Shown here: positions 1 through 14,982 of the stretch, one piece after another | Numbering within the stretch: the stretch's first letter is position 1 | Layout: every line of letters starts with the position of its first letter | From: Schmidtea polychroa | Taxonomy: Eukaryota | Length of the DNA: 64,000 nucleotides | Assembly: GCA_044892525.1 (NCBI GenBank) | Contig: CM097885.1 | Coordinates: 40,550,001 to 40,614,000, forward strand | Reading direction: 5' to 3' | Translations under genes and position numbers: made by a program | Notes under the pieces: generated by a model | Seen by the model: only the letters and a program-made list of their open reading frames with translations | Told to the model about the DNA's origin: nothing | Databases searched by the model: none

Positions 1-662
1 TACAGTTTTATTTTTAATTTTCATTTCTTTAATGCTAAAAATATGGTTTTGTTAGAAATTTTAGTTTTCGATTCAGTTCCTGTTTGAATCTCTGGTTTAT
101 TAAATATTTTATTTTGACTTTGAAAATTCGATTATGCATGAATATAAAATAACAGTATAAAATAACATTATATTAATTTTATTACTCATTTGAAAATTCG
201 ATAATTGCACATTGTTTAAATCTTTAAACATATCATTAAATTGTCATCATTTTGTGAAATTCAATTTAAATTTATTATATAAATTTATTGTTAATTTATG
301 AATATTTAATTGTTTTATCGATTATAATATACTGATTGTTTAAAATTCCAGTAATTTCTTCAAGGTTTTTTTTAATTATTTTTTTTTAATTATATGTGAT
401 TTCTAAATTAGAACGATTCATTAGCAGTTGAGTGGATTTCAGGAAGTTTTTTTTCAAATTTTTTTCTATAATTTTAGTTTAAATTATGGAAATTAAAGTT
501 TTATTCAAAAATATTTGCTGTTTGAGAATTAATACGAAAATTTAAAGAAATTACTTGAAGGTCCTAAAGGTTTTTTGTAAATAAAGATAAATAATTAAAT
601 TGAAATTTACAAAAAATCAAATGGAAATAATAAATATATTTCAAGACAATTAAAATTAAGAA

Positions 663-680
663 AATAATAATAATAATAAT

Positions 681-761
<81 letters not shown>

Positions 762-788
762 TATTATTATTATTATTATTATTATTAT
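663..788. repeat. (AAT)n microsatellite switching to (ATT)n, self-complementary
   Basis: Direct reading; polarity switches at about 761. Confidence 0.95.
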
Positions 789-3161
789 AAGGATAATATT
801 AATATCTTTTAAAAAGTATTTTCATATTAATATTATCATAATTATTATTTCCACTGTGTTTTTATTTATTGAAATTCTAAAAATACATCTAAGTGAAAAA
901 ATTTAAAAAAAAATTAATTATGAAATAATTTTACTCAAATAATTCCAAACAGAGATATTTAATTTTCTAGTTAATTATATTGTCAAATTTTCTGTTATTA
1001 AATTTTCTCTGACGAATTTTTCAAAAATAATTTCAATCTTTTATATAAAATATTTTAAAATTGTCTTTTATTTTTGAAAAAAAAATTATTCTCTTAGTTG
1101 CAAGGATACCTTAATTAATTTTTTTAATGATATCGATTCAAATAAATGTCAATTTTAATTCACCAACTCAAGTGAAGTGTTTGCCAGAATTATGACAAAT
1201 TCATCTATTATGTATCAATTTTACGTGGAATTTATCGATTAGTGAAATTTAAATATTATTTATTCTAGATAAATGTTTCAGTTTTGTTGTAATTGTTTCG
1301 AAAAAATTGTTTTCCAATTTTCCCATTCCTCCATTGATTGTTGTTGGAAAAATCAACTAGAAACACATTAGAATTGATTTTCAAAAAAAAATAAATAATT
1401 GACAAACAACTCAAATCAAACAAAAAAATAAAATTCAAAAATCTAATGTTTTCCATTTACGTTTTTCTTCATTTCAGCATATGCAAGCACTAATTAAAAT
1501 CATTACTGAAACGTATCAGGCTGCAGTGAATTGAATCATGATTATAATCAACCGAACGCATTGTTTGCTGGTAGAACTGTTCGATTTTATTTTATTTATT
1601 TATTTTTTCATTTTCAATTCTCTCCTTTTTTTCGGTCAATCGCTAAACGCATTTGTGTGCGGTATTTCCCATTCTTGAAATACTTGAAAACGCCCGGGAG
1701 ATTATTATTAACTACTGGCAATCACGCTTCAATACTTGCAGTATATAGAAAACCATACTACTTGAATTATCAATGCCAGAAAAGTGTGTTGTGATTTTGT
1801 CGGACTCGTTTAATGAATGAATTGTTGAAAAATATTTTTCTCTTTCCTTTTTCAATCAACCATGGTATTTTAAAGAGATTTCTTTTTCCTCTGTGATGAT
1901 TTTGGTAAAACTGATATTGTTTTGTGATTCGACCGTGAAATTAAATCGGAATTCGGACATTTTATCATTTGAAAACACTTTATAAATTGAAAATATATTT
2001 TTTTTAATGTCGTTCTGAATTTGGAAAAATTGATGTTTAATATTTAAAACAAGTTAGATTTTTTTACTGAATACATATGTTTTTTTATATCATTCAAGAT
2101 CATTTTTTTTAAGATTATATTTCTTACTTTAATAATATCAGGTAGTAAATCCTCTTTATTTTACACTATTATTTTGTTTATTTTATTAATATTTTATTAA
2201 TATTTTATTAAATTATATTTCCATAAATATTGCATATTATTTATTTTCTTATATTTAAATAATATTATTATTATTATTTTATTATTATATTTATCTCACC
2301 AAATTTGATCTTGAGCGATATAAAACTAAATATTTAGATTCAGGAAAAAATAATAACATATTTTAAATAATAAACTCAAAAAATCAACAACAAACATTAT
2401 TTTTCCAAATTTAGAACCACATTAAAACAAAATAATATATTTTCAATTTATACACAATAAACAAAAATTACAATTTTACAAATAACATTGTTGACCGCTA
2501 ATAATGAATGGAATGCATTTTTTACAAATTTAAAATTAAGAAAATTCCCAAATTTACTATTTCATTTAAATTGTTTATAAAATGGTGTTATAATATATTA
2601 CTATTTGTTTTTATCACATTCACCAATAAATATTGCTTTTTCAAAAATAAAATATTTTTCTTGAATTATTGGATATTATTTAATGGTTGTTTGGATATTA
2701 TATCAAAAATTAAAGAAGTTTCAAATGAAATTGAAAAATGAAAATGGCCACATTTCATGTGATTTGATTAAAGAAATATTAAGAGATGAAATGTTGCCAT
2801 CAGTTATGAAAATCGTAGAACAGTAATTCACAATTCAACAAAATAATGATCCAAATAACCCTTTTAAGTTACACAAAACAAATTTAAACAACTTAAAACA
2901 AGTTCTATTCCAAAATTAAGTTTAATCAAATCACAACTATGTTGAACCTTTTGTAATACAAATTTAAATAGAAAAGTCAAAATGATGTGTCAGACCCCGA
3001 AAAAACTTAAGACGAACAAATTGCATAAAGAATTTGAGATTATTATCAATTTTACTACCAAAAATTAATAAATAAAATAATTAAACTGTGTAAAACTGTG
3101 TGAAATCATAATGAAAAAAAATTTTGGACACAAAGACGAATATAGAAGTTAATAATAGTAC

Positions 3162-4119
3162 TGTTGGGTTATTGGGTTGTTGGTGACCAATCAAATCTCT
3201 GACTCAAAACTTTTTTTTCAAATATCACCACTGATTTCTTTTCCATTGTATTTATTAAAAGCTTAAAGACTTGAATCAGTAAATATATCATTAAATTATA
3301 TCAGTAAATACTTTATTGATTATCACAATTGATTAAACGAATTATACCAACACGATCGATTCAATACTCAAATAGGTATTTATACAGAGGTTATAGCTAC
3401 AATACGTGAGGAATAGCTCTACGTGTATAATTCCCAAGTACTTAACAATCAGTAGTTGCTGATCTGACTCAATAATTTGTTAAATTGGATCGAATTCTCT
3501 TTTGTTTTGACTTGGATTTTTTCAGTATACTTTAAACCTTTTTTATTGAACCCAATTTTATCTCACCGTTTATTTTCAATATTTTCTCTTCTTTCCAACT
3601 TCTAATTTCTCACTTCTTATTTCTCTAATTTCCAATTTCTTTAATTTTCCTCTACTGTTTAATCCCAAATTATTTTCTCGATAATCTTTTTAATTTTTTT
3701 TTAGACCACTATCTTCTGTTACCATTAAGAAGACTTTTGTTTTTTAGTTTGCACTTGTCCGACACTTGTGATAATTTCTTTTTTCTATTCCTGTCTCTCC
3801 ATAATTTGTACAGTTCCCGTATTATCCCTGACAGTTCGGCACTCGCATTAATTTGTCATTTTTTTAAATTTCTGTTTCTGGCATTTCACATACTTTTTCC
3901 TAGTTCCCACGTTACGAAGATGTCGATTTTGTTTTCGTGTTTGTTTTTGTTTTCCAATTTTGGAATTTCTTTTTGTTTTCTTGCTTTTATTAATTATAAG
4001 TAATCTCTTTATTGTTGATTTTCTTTTGTTTTGTTGTTTCTTCCCATGTCTCATTTTTTTCCTTTCTGAAATATTCTAATTGTTTATAATATTATTTACT
4101 ATTTAAGATATCCCCAACA
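3162..4119 (-). mobile_element. Solo LTR (Gypsy-like), 958 bp
   Basis: Inverted termini TGTTGGG...CCCAACA; 4-bp direct repeat GTAC on both sides (3158-3161, 4120-4123); AATAAA on the minus strand near 3313; related to 59071-60000. Confidence 0.75.
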
Positions 4120-5612
4120 GTACTATTTATTATAATTTTATTTATTATTTATTTAATATTAATAAAAAAATGAAACATAAATTCAATTTCTTTATTAGAT
4201 ATTCAGAAAATAATTGGATTCATTTGGTGATTAAATATATACACAAGTCTGTTATACACGATTTAGAAATTGAATGAATTAGAAAAAAAATTATTCTGTT
4301 TTTACACGATGTGAATTATATTTCTGAAATTAATTTTCCTTTATTTTTATACGATTTTCTTTCTTTTAGGAACCTATCTGTGGTGTAAAAGTAGAATTGT
4401 CGGTGTATTTAAAGCAATTCCAATATATTTTGTTCCCTTTTAATCTATTCTTTTCTTTTACAATTCCATCTATCTTTATTTCGATTATAGTTCAATGTCG
4501 CTTTCTATTTATCAGAAATTTTTGGAACAGCTTTTTTAAGTGTTATTAAAGAATACTTTGCTAAAATTTTGTTTTTCCATTATTTTCTAGTTGTAATACA
4601 AACGTGTTGTGCATGAAAAATCGTACCGAATTACGAAGAACCATAATTTATATTATGCACAAGTTTTAATGAAGTTTCACAAGTGTATTTTTAGTCAAAA
4701 TAGTCATAATATCAAAAGAATAAAATTATTTATTTCAATAAAAATCTTATGAAATTATGTAATTGATCTTTCAGAGTCTATTGCACTTTTTATATAACTA
4801 ATTATTTAAAAAAAAATCAAATTTCATCCCAAAGGTTAATTTGAAATTTTGTTTTCATAATTTTTATTTTTATATTAAAAATGAAGCTATAGATAAATTA
4901 GTAGAAATTTAAAGAAAGATTTTATTTTAAATGGACTAAATTTTTTTTAATAATAAATACAAATTTACAAGAGGAGCGTCATTAATAAATAACATTTAAT
5001 TTATTAGAATAAATAGAATTTTTTATTATTTTTTTAATAATTTATAAAGTGAGTAATCAATTTGCACAGTGCCCAACTGTGATTGATTTATTCTCACTTA
5101 TTCTATCAATCTGCTAATGCTTGATCTATTGTGTTATTTTTCTCTATATTTTTTGAAAATATTTTAATTTTTTCTCCTTGTTTTACTAATCTGTTCTCGA
5201 AATCAGTGTTTCGTCAATACTAAACAATCATCCAGGATTTTGCATTGAAATATTATATTGAATGTAATCTGATGAATATTTAATAGATCATTCCATTAGT
5301 TTATCTGGACAGTTGTAAGGATTTTCTTGAAATATAAATAATTATATTTCTATCAATCTAAATAATTGCAAATTTTAAATTAAAAAAACATTTCTTTTTC
5401 ACCAAAACTAATTGAGAATCGTTGAAAAATCTTGCTAGAAAATAAACATAATTTAAAATGGTAATGTAATTTATTTATTTTTCAGTTGCAACTTCACAAA
5501 TTATTACTGGAAGTTTAAATTCTGTTTTTATCCCAAACCAACTTAAACTTCTGGATGATTAAATAACTTGTTATCTTATTTGTTTTACTTATTTTTGGAA
5601 GAAATATTTTCC

Positions 5613-5738
<126 letters not shown>

Positions 5739-8700
5739 CATTTTTAAGTTCATTTTAAGATAATAAATTTACTGATTTTCCTAAAAATAAAATAAAATTT
5801 TAAATATAAATCTTTTCAATTTGAATATTCAAATTTGTACAACAAAACATTTCCTTAATAAAGCTGTCAATAAACTGATCAAGGTAAAATATTTACAACT
5901 AAATAAATACATTTAAAATGGTCAGTGTTAATTATTTTCTCAATAAATATGCGAAACATTGTTTTTTGAACAAAATTTCAGAATGGATTTCCATTAATAT
6001 TTTATTTAATTTAATATTTACAACATGTTTCAGAGATTTGTTATTAATACCATTAATTTATTAATAATAATTTTTTTTATTAAAGTAATTGATAAAGTAT
6101 GATAATAAATGTGGAGGCTAATCTTTTAAATTCCCTTTCAAATAATTATTGGAAATATTTTAGTTTCATATGTTATTTTATAACTAATTTTCTGACATTC
6201 ATGAGACATGTACCGAATTTAAAATGTTACCCAAGCACCGTGAGATTTATAATTTTCTAATAATTGTATATTATTAGATTTATTTTGATAAGTAAAATAG
6301 TTAAAAAATTTCTTTGTTTTCTAATTGTTCTATAACGTTATTTTGTAAAATACCATATGAAAGGGTAGAATTCAGGTTTAAGTTAAAACAGAAAATTTCT
6401 AGTAAACATTTAAATTGTATTTATCAAATTACATAAATTTTTATGTAAACATATAAATTATATAAAGTAAGCTTAAAATATAAAAATAAATTAAAATATA
6501 TTAAATATTAAAATAAATTAAACAAGCATTGAAATCAACATCAAAATTAAAATAAAAGCGTCGAAGATATTTGTTTGAATATTACGAAAAACACGCAGTT
6601 TGTGAATAGAATAAATTTTAGTCAAGTAATTTTATTAATTGATTTTATGGATATTGAAAATGAATTTGATGTCGTTGCGGCTAACACCGTAAATATGATT
6701 GTTAGGAGAGACATTTGTATTTAGAAACCAAGTCACTGTGACTTTGATCTATGTATGCTAAATGATAAATTTTTCTGTCTGCAATGATTCACTAACGCAC
6801 ATAAATAAGGACTAATAAGTTAAAAGTAATTATTTTATTAAATTTACATTTATTCAAAGTTTTTTAAAATATTTTTAATTTTTTAGTGTTAATAATATTT
6901 AGATTGAAATTATCGTATTTATTTGAAATTTCAGGTCGTTTATGATTTATTTTTGAAAAGATAATTTTATTAAATTATTTAAATATAAATTTTTACAGTT
7001 CTTCTAAAAGGTTTTCATTCACTAATAATTTTGACTTTGAGCAATCTTTTTTGATTCAATTTCAAAATATTTTTACCCTTAAATACCCCTCGTATCTAAA
7101 AAGATAAAACCGTTAAATCTATATTTTTATGTAAATATTAAAGATATCACGCGCAAACTAATTTTATAAAGTGCTGCTAACTTCATTCTTTTTTGAAATG
7201 TCATATATAATGTAATCGTAGTTTTTGTATTCGAAAAGATTAATGTTTAAAGTGTGCATTCCAATTTTTATAAAAATAATCTTGGGTATTTAAAATAATT
7301 AACTTTAAATTTAAGATTTCAATTATAAATTACGTTTTTCAATACTTTTCGTCTACATTTTCCATAATTTCAAGTAATAAATCATAATTTGTCAAATTTA
7401 TTTAAATGTTTTAACGTGGAATTTTTTAAATAAATTGTAATTTTAAATAAATAAAAAAATTATTTTTTAATATATTGCTCATCTTCTACCCATGAAAAGA
7501 TGAAATGTAATCAAGTATTTGAAATATCCTCGAATTGCATCTTTTTGTAATTAAGAATGCCCATAATAAATGATTATGTCCATAATTTTTCTTCCTGTGT
7601 GTATTTATTTATTATAGGTTTGTTGGTTTATGTGAGTTTGAATTTTATTTTTCACACCGAAATTATCGTTCTACTTTTCTATAGTAAATACACTTAATTT
7701 ATGACGGTTTCCAATAATTTTTGTACTTATTTCAAGCAAGTGTGTATACTTTATTTATATACAAATTAGTTATATTTTATATTAAACCTTTATTTGTGGC
7801 TAAGGATACAGTAATTGATCGTTTTGTTGCTGCAAGGAAAAATATGTTTTTGAATGAGGTGTATCAATTGTGTCACTGAGACTAAAAATATTCCATTTCT
7901 TATTTGGCGAGTTATCAATTTTTTAAAAGATACAATTTACTAAGTCACTGTTATTAACAGTTATTACCTTTCTGAAACCTCCTTTATGTACACTTTGCTC
8001 CTAAACCACACGTTAACAAGTATTCATAAAATTAAATAATTCCTTACGTAATTAATTGTCACTGACGAATTTACTGTTTTTTATAATAGACTGAAGAGAA
8101 TAAAGTTATTTTAATGTACTACTTTATCCATTAATCGCTTTAACCGTTATTTATTTAATGCCAAATTGTCTGATATTTTAGAGAGATATTTAAGTACCAC
8201 AGAAAATAATGAAATTAAAAATTTGAATTGCTTTTGCCGAACCCAGTCCGAAATCGTGAGATAATATTAATAATATGAACATTTTTCAGCAGACGTAATT
8301 TGGAAAGCCTGATTTGATTTCTAGAGAGATACGTTGAAAAAGAAAAAAGACATCCGGATATCAATCGTCTTTGAAATCTCATATTTCATTTCGATTATCT
8401 TGATTTTAATTTATTTTTCTAATATTATTTTCTCCAATTTTTTTAATGAAATATCGCTTTTATTTGGTAAAATTAATTAATTTTATTTTTTCCATCATTT
8501 TTTTCTCCTTTTTCAACTGTTCATTTGTGAATTTTTGTTTTTCATTATTTATGCATTTTGGAATTTTAATTGAAATTTTTTTCTATACAATTTAAAAAGT
8601 ATTGGTAAAATCTAAAGTATTTTTGGTCAACATTAATCTGTTTTTTTCTGATATTTTTTTTATTTTCATTATGAAAAAAAGATAAAAATTAATTTGTGTT

Positions 8701-8763
8701 GCATAGAAAATTGATGTTTAATATTTTGTTATAATGAAAATAAATGAAATATCAAACATAAAG

Positions 8764-9345
8764 TGTGGTGCCTAATAAAAATTTTGCCTAATAAAAATAC
8801 CAAAATAATTATAATTTTTTAATATAAATTATAAATCGATTTTAAAGATATAATATAATTCAAATAAATACAGAAGCAGATTACAATTCTTATGTAAACT
8901 TTATGGTTAACGGAAATTTACCTGATTTCGATACAAAATTACAACGAAATTTATTTTTAAAAAAGGTAACTAGAATGAAGATATTAAATAACAGAATTTT
9001 TATTAAAATCGAAAATAATATTTTGTTAGAATATATTGAAGATTACAATGATTCAAAGAAAATTTTATGCGTTGAAGATGTCCATTTAGCTTCGCATAAG
9101 GGTCTAAAGGCTATTTATAAAGAATTGCAACGCATATATTTTAATATTAAGCAAGAAAACGTAAAACGCGTGCTTGATAGATGTAGTATCTGTTCCAGAA
9201 GAATAGTAGAAACTACCTTATCATCCATAACACCAATTATAATAATAAATAAAATGGATATGTACTACTTTTTATTTTTTGATTTATTTTAAAAATAATA
9301 ATTATTTTAGTATTTTTATTATGCAACATTTTATTAGGCACAACA
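8764..9345 (+). mobile_element. Internally deleted Ginger-like (retroviral-integrase-type) DNA transposon
   Basis: About 50-bp TIRs TGTGGTGCCTAATAAAA.../...TTTTATTAGGCACAACA. ORF 8903-9292 has an HHCC zinc-binding motif (H-LAS-H-KG...Y-FNI...C-SI-C) and no DDE core. Flanked by a 15-bp direct repeat. Confidence 0.75.
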
Positions 9346-9399
9346 ATATCAAACATAAAATATTTTATCACTATATTTAAACAATATTTTCCATTGTGA

Positions 9400-11890
9400 A
9401 TATTAATGTAATTTCAACCATAGTTCATAGGTATTATTTAGGTTGATCCATTAAATTTCCTTTTCAGTTTCATATGTTATTCTAACCTTGCTTGTTTCTT
9501 CCTCCCTTTTATTATTTAGAAATATGACAGCCATCACATTGCTTTGTTGAAAACATTTTCTTCCAATGATCTAAGAACGTCTTCTGTTTATAATCCTGCG
9601 CCATGTTCTTTTAACTTCGTTTCAATATAGACAGTATTCATATCTTATCTGAATCGCTGTTTTTAATTTTTCAAACATGTTTAGGCTATTTTAACATTAT
9701 CATGAAGTCCATATTAAGCTAAATGCGAATCATTCATTTTCAAGAAGCATTCCGTTTTACAGCATACTCTATCAATATCTTCCCATGATGACCGAATTCT
9801 TTTCTTTAGAATTTGAATTTCCTCAATTTTCCAGAATTTTGTATCTCTTTATTTAACGTTTCAATTTGGGCAACATAACTGGCAAGACAATGTGATTGTA
9901 GTAAATTCTCCCATTTACAATCAAGCTTGCCCATAGAAGTTCAACTAAGGAATGTGAGGTTTATTCTCAGGTCGTTTCTACTTTGAACAACTTCCCAATT
10001 GTTCTGTATAAATGGGAATAGTTGGCCCTAATCTAATAGTCAATCATGTCCAATTTCTGGAAAACCATATATATTGTAGGGTGATTCAACTTATTTGTCA
10101 ACTTTTACCAATTACAAATTTTTAGGTCTCCAATCCTCCTATTAAGGCATTTAAGTTAATTTTATTTTTTCATTATTGCTCGTTTTTGTCAATGCTGTTG
10201 ATTTTGCTTCCAGTATAACAGATATTTCTTTAGTTATATTTACTGGAATATTTATCAACCCATGTCAAAACCCGAGCTAATCAGTATTGTAGTCACAGAT
10301 ATAGCTTACATTAGTAGAAAACTCAAGGTTAATGTAACCTTCGCTATTATTCTGAATCTTCACCAGTGTAGTTCGAAGTGTAACATGTCTTCGAACCTGA
10401 TAAGTTGCTTATCGATATAAGACTCGTAGAATTTTGTTTCACTTTAATGTTCTTCTTTTGGCTCCAACCTAAATTTACTGCATTGTCTTTTTTTTATTTG
10501 AAACATTTTGATTGAATTATAATTTGAATTGTTTCCTAAACTTCTTGAAAATTTTAGATTTCTAAACCTTTAGTTGATCTTTCTTCGTAAAGAACGTTGA
10601 TTGATCTTCACCAATTTCCGCTTTGTTTTCTAGTCCCCTGCACTAAACTTTACACCAACCTTTCATTAATATACCGTTTCCATTGAATCATTACTTTCAC
10701 TTGAAGTTTCTTAAGATGAAAATGTCTTTTATTAATTTCTTTTTTAACTTGTAAATTAAATTTTGAAGCAATTCTGCAAATCTCTAAAGATATTCCTTCT
10801 CGTTGCTTCTGATTCAAAAACACAGTTAAATTGATTCCATTATCATCGAATAACAATTCTCAGGTCCTGCAAATTGTAAACCTAAGCACTTCATCAGCGA
10901 ATCAAAAGCTCCCTTTTCATACCCAATATTTGCAATTGTTCTTAGAAATCACCTTCTACGTATTACTTTTAAAACAACTACTTTTCTCAACTAGTCTTAT
11001 CGTTATCTTCAATCGGTTTCTTTATCGCTTACCTCCAAAATAAATATACTACCCTTCTGTTAAAGATTGGTAGCAATAGTAGTTTCTACTCCAGCAACAA
11101 TTGTAATCGCAATTTAATAGTTATAGTTAACGATTCTCCCCTACCCGTTCACGAGTACACCTCCAAGCCATTATAAATGAATATAATGATAATACATATT
11201 TCATTAATAAATAAGACCAGAAGTTTATTTCCAATTCATATAATATTGGATCTTCATTGCCACTTTTGTCAAGTCCAATTATTCAAACAATATTCATTAT
11301 TATGCAAGCTCAGACATAATTTTCTAACCAGTTCGGAGATCTGTGAAATTGGTCCGACCGTTTCAACTCGTGAATCTGAGGATCTAGGCTTATTGGATCT
11401 GAAAATGAAGACTTACTCTCACTTTTGTTTTTGTTTTCATCAGAAGAACTACTGACTACTCTCTCTTCATTAATATTCATCGAGACCAATATGATGTCCA
11501 TTACCTGTCGAATAATTCCATTCAAAGTTATTGGTGTTTCAGAGTTCACGCCGATGATATTTCCAAGTGTCTGTTGTGTAAAACATTGAGCTTCTCTAGA
11601 TTTTATATAAACTCCGTCACTTATCTTAAATGTGTATACCAGTGATTGTACCAAAGATTGGCTTGGAAACTTGAATTGATATCGCTGTAATTGATATGTT
11701 GTAATTTAAGATTTGTAGATACGGAATCTATGTTAACGCCATTCTTTGGAAGACAGTAGTACAAAAATACAACTTTTTTCTGCATCACACTCTACTCGTC
11801 CCATCGTATTTTTAACTGTTAGGTGGACCTTTTCCATTATACCGTATTTCGAGGGTTTATAGGCATTTCATTAAATCACCTTTATACAGA
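9400..11890 (-). mobile_element. Decayed Ty3/Gypsy sequence in the order integrase 3' end - LTR (about 11297-11102) - gag/PR/RT remnants; left boundary approximate
   Basis: Minus-strand motifs: YKPSKYGIMEKVHLTVK (integrase YHPQSNG..ER-like); LKRS...PNWLENYV* (typical pol C-terminus); LTR end ATTACA at 11102; gag-like LNQKQREG; RT-like GDLKIC. Many stops and frameshifts. Confidence 0.65.
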
Positions 11891-12139
11891 ACAATTATAT
11901 ATTTGCACAATATATTTTCACTAAAATTAAGCACAAAATACGTAAATAAAATTACAAATTTTAAATAATTACTATTTTTAATATTTAAAACTGAAACCTT
12001 TACATAAGACTATTCAAAATTTTCATTTCTTGACATTTCCATTCCGTAAATTTCTTTAATTACAAATTTTTATTCACTTATTTCTTGTAAATGAAAATCA
12101 TGGGAAACGTAAAATTTAAGATTTTGTTTTACAATTTTC

Positions 12140-12260
12140 ATATAGAGGCGTATTGTCACATACATTGAAGAAACTACGCCTCATCTCCTTATTCGAGTTC
12201 AAAAATTTCATCAATCTAGTGGAATGAATAATATCTGTGTGCACAATAAAGTTTGTAAAA
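12140..12260 (+). mobile_element. GIY-YIG endonuclease relic (Penelope-like)
   Basis: Translates as VTYIEETTPHLLIRVQKFH, resembling YIGET.R.L..R..EH. Confidence 0.4.
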
Positions 12261-12574
12261 TGAAAATATATATAAATGATTTGAAATTTTATACAAAAGC
12301 TAATGAGACAGTTTTGTGGTGCGTTGATGATACAATCTTTTGATCCTAAACTCAGTGTCAAAAATGCATTCAACAGAAATATTTTAAAAGGTTTTTAATA
12401 GTTAAATGTTTGTTTTAGTTTTAGCTTTTTTGAGTTTTATTTTAACTGTTTTTATTTAACGCACTAAATTACATAATCATTGCTTATTATAGAAATAAAA
12501 TTTATTGCATAATCTTTCGATATATACTAAAGACTATTTGTTGTTAAATTTAACCTTTGTTAAATCCTTTTAAC

Positions 12575-12644
<70 letters not shown>
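12575..12644. repeat. (TAT)n microsatellite
   Basis: Direct reading. Confidence 0.95.
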
Positions 12645-14982
12645 AGAATGGTAAAACTTTCTTAATCTGATATTTTACGTAATTGTAGATTTGACATTTA
12701 GGAAAACCTATACGTATAAATGATCTATTAATTCAACTTTTATTGTCAATTAAATAATTTAACTGTGGTAACATCAATATTTTGTAATTTATTGTTTTAA
12801 TCAATAGAATTTATGCTGGAATAAACGATGTCAACTTATTCTATTTCGAAAATGAATTAGGGAAAAATATCAGATATTTTAAATTAAAATTTTCGAGTTG
12901 ACATTTCTCATCAAAATTAATTAATTTTATAAAAATGAACAAAAAATTTGTAAATTATTTGAATGAGATTACTGCACAAATTTTAAAATTTTCTTGATTA
13001 TCTATTTATTGGAATTTCTTTTAATTTAGAGTGTATAAAGAAAGATCTTTGTTTTAATTGAAATTGAAATAAAATTTTAATAAACAATGTTAGGATTTGC
13101 ACATTATCAAAAATTTTATGTTTGAAAGTAATATCATATATTACATTTTGTTAATTAAAACAAATTATTTTATCAATCTTTAATTTTCATTATGAATATA
13201 AATTATGAAGTTGAGTTTTTAACTTGCTAGGTATATTTTCAGCAATTCCTTGTTGAAGATTGAGTATATAAATATAGGTTTTATGTTTATTTGAATCAAA
13301 ACACTGTTTGAATAGGATTTGCTACAGGTACCGTAGTACAGAGTGTGAACGGATTAGATGTTCTAACTGCTGGAATTCATTGTTTTTCCCAAATTACTTT
13401 TCTCTTATTATTGAATGATTTTGCTATCACGTCATGTATTCAAGCTGGGTCACCAATTTGTGATAATATCCATAGCCTCCATGACGAGTTTCATCATTCG
13501 AATATGTTCCACTAATTCTGCATTGACTATATATGAATTTTTTTCTTAATTTATTTTGATACCATTTTTATTCACTTCTAGTTCCATATTATTCCCACAT
13601 ATGATGACATAGTTATGAAATTTGTGATCTTTGTTTCCTCAGCAAGAGTTGAGATTGGGTCATCAAACATCAAGGTCATAAACACCTGGTTATATTATTA
13701 GTTTATTATAAATTATTATTACATCACCTTGCAATAATAGTAATAATAATTCCTTGATATCATAAAAATGAAGATAAAATTATAAGGAAAATGAACACTT
13801 CTATATAATATATTCCCAGTTTCTAATTTATTTAAACAATGAAATCATAAGATTAGAAAACAAAACTAATATTTGTTCAGGCTATGTTTAATAAAATAAT
13901 CATCTTTAGTCTGAGATACATTCCATCTGAATTAGGAATTCCATTTTAATTTAATCATACCTATTAAATTGTATTTCAATTATTTGAATTAATATTTTTC
14001 AAAATTTTCTATGGTTTTGAAAAAGGTATATAATAATAATAATCATTTTTGCATAATCTGAAAATCGAGTACACCCCAGATATCCTATAATATAAGTAAT
14101 ATAATATAAGTACATTCTGTAATATAAAAAAAATCAACAATCTTACATTATAGAAGATTTACTTTGATTTCACTTTGATATTCTCATTGATAGTGCAATG
14201 AGATACATCTTACACTATCGAAATCTAAAAAGTAGTAGAAAAATTAAATACTGTACCCAAACACAACACATACTAAAAACACATGCAAACTTTCGATATA
14301 TAGAAATGCACCGCTAAGATACGTTTCTATAATAGGTTTATTTTTGACAATTTTGAGAAAAAAAGAATTATTTGTGAGTTAAAATTAAGTTACATATTCA
14401 TTAGAATTTCAGATATTTGTTTTAAGAAATGTTTTAGAAAATTTCATTTTTGGTGATTGATTTAATTATTTAATTATATTATATCTAACTTACATTATAT
14501 CAAAATAATTCCAAAATAATTATAAAAAATAAATTTCATAAAATTCCTAAAAGACTTGAAAATTAATTAAAAATAATTTATAATACAAATGTTGACTAAA
14601 AGTAATATTTAAGAACTCTCATATCTATATGGATCTATATGAACTTAAAATTAAACATCTTACTTGAAAACTATTTCTAATGAAACATGAAATTCAGTAA
14701 ATTGGTGAGTCACAAATACCTGGTGCATTGTTGGTTTAAGTGTTGCTATTGATACAGATCTATCATTCCCATACACTCCTAATAATCGATTAAAAGCATT
14801 ATGACAACTCTGTATTTTTGAGTGTAATCAATTGTGGATCGAGTAGATTTTTAATCTTGTGGAGGCTGAAATCAGAGAATGGAATAGACGTTTGTAATGA
14901 TCTTTAATCGATAGCGTTCGAAATACTTTTGGACAATAGTAGAATGTTCCACTTCAATGAAACAATAAGGTTGTGAAAACTA

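Noticed and set aside
1265..2741. Short ORFs near the window start
   Set aside because: Composition is typical of random AT-rich frames, with no recognisable motifs or consistent splice structure.
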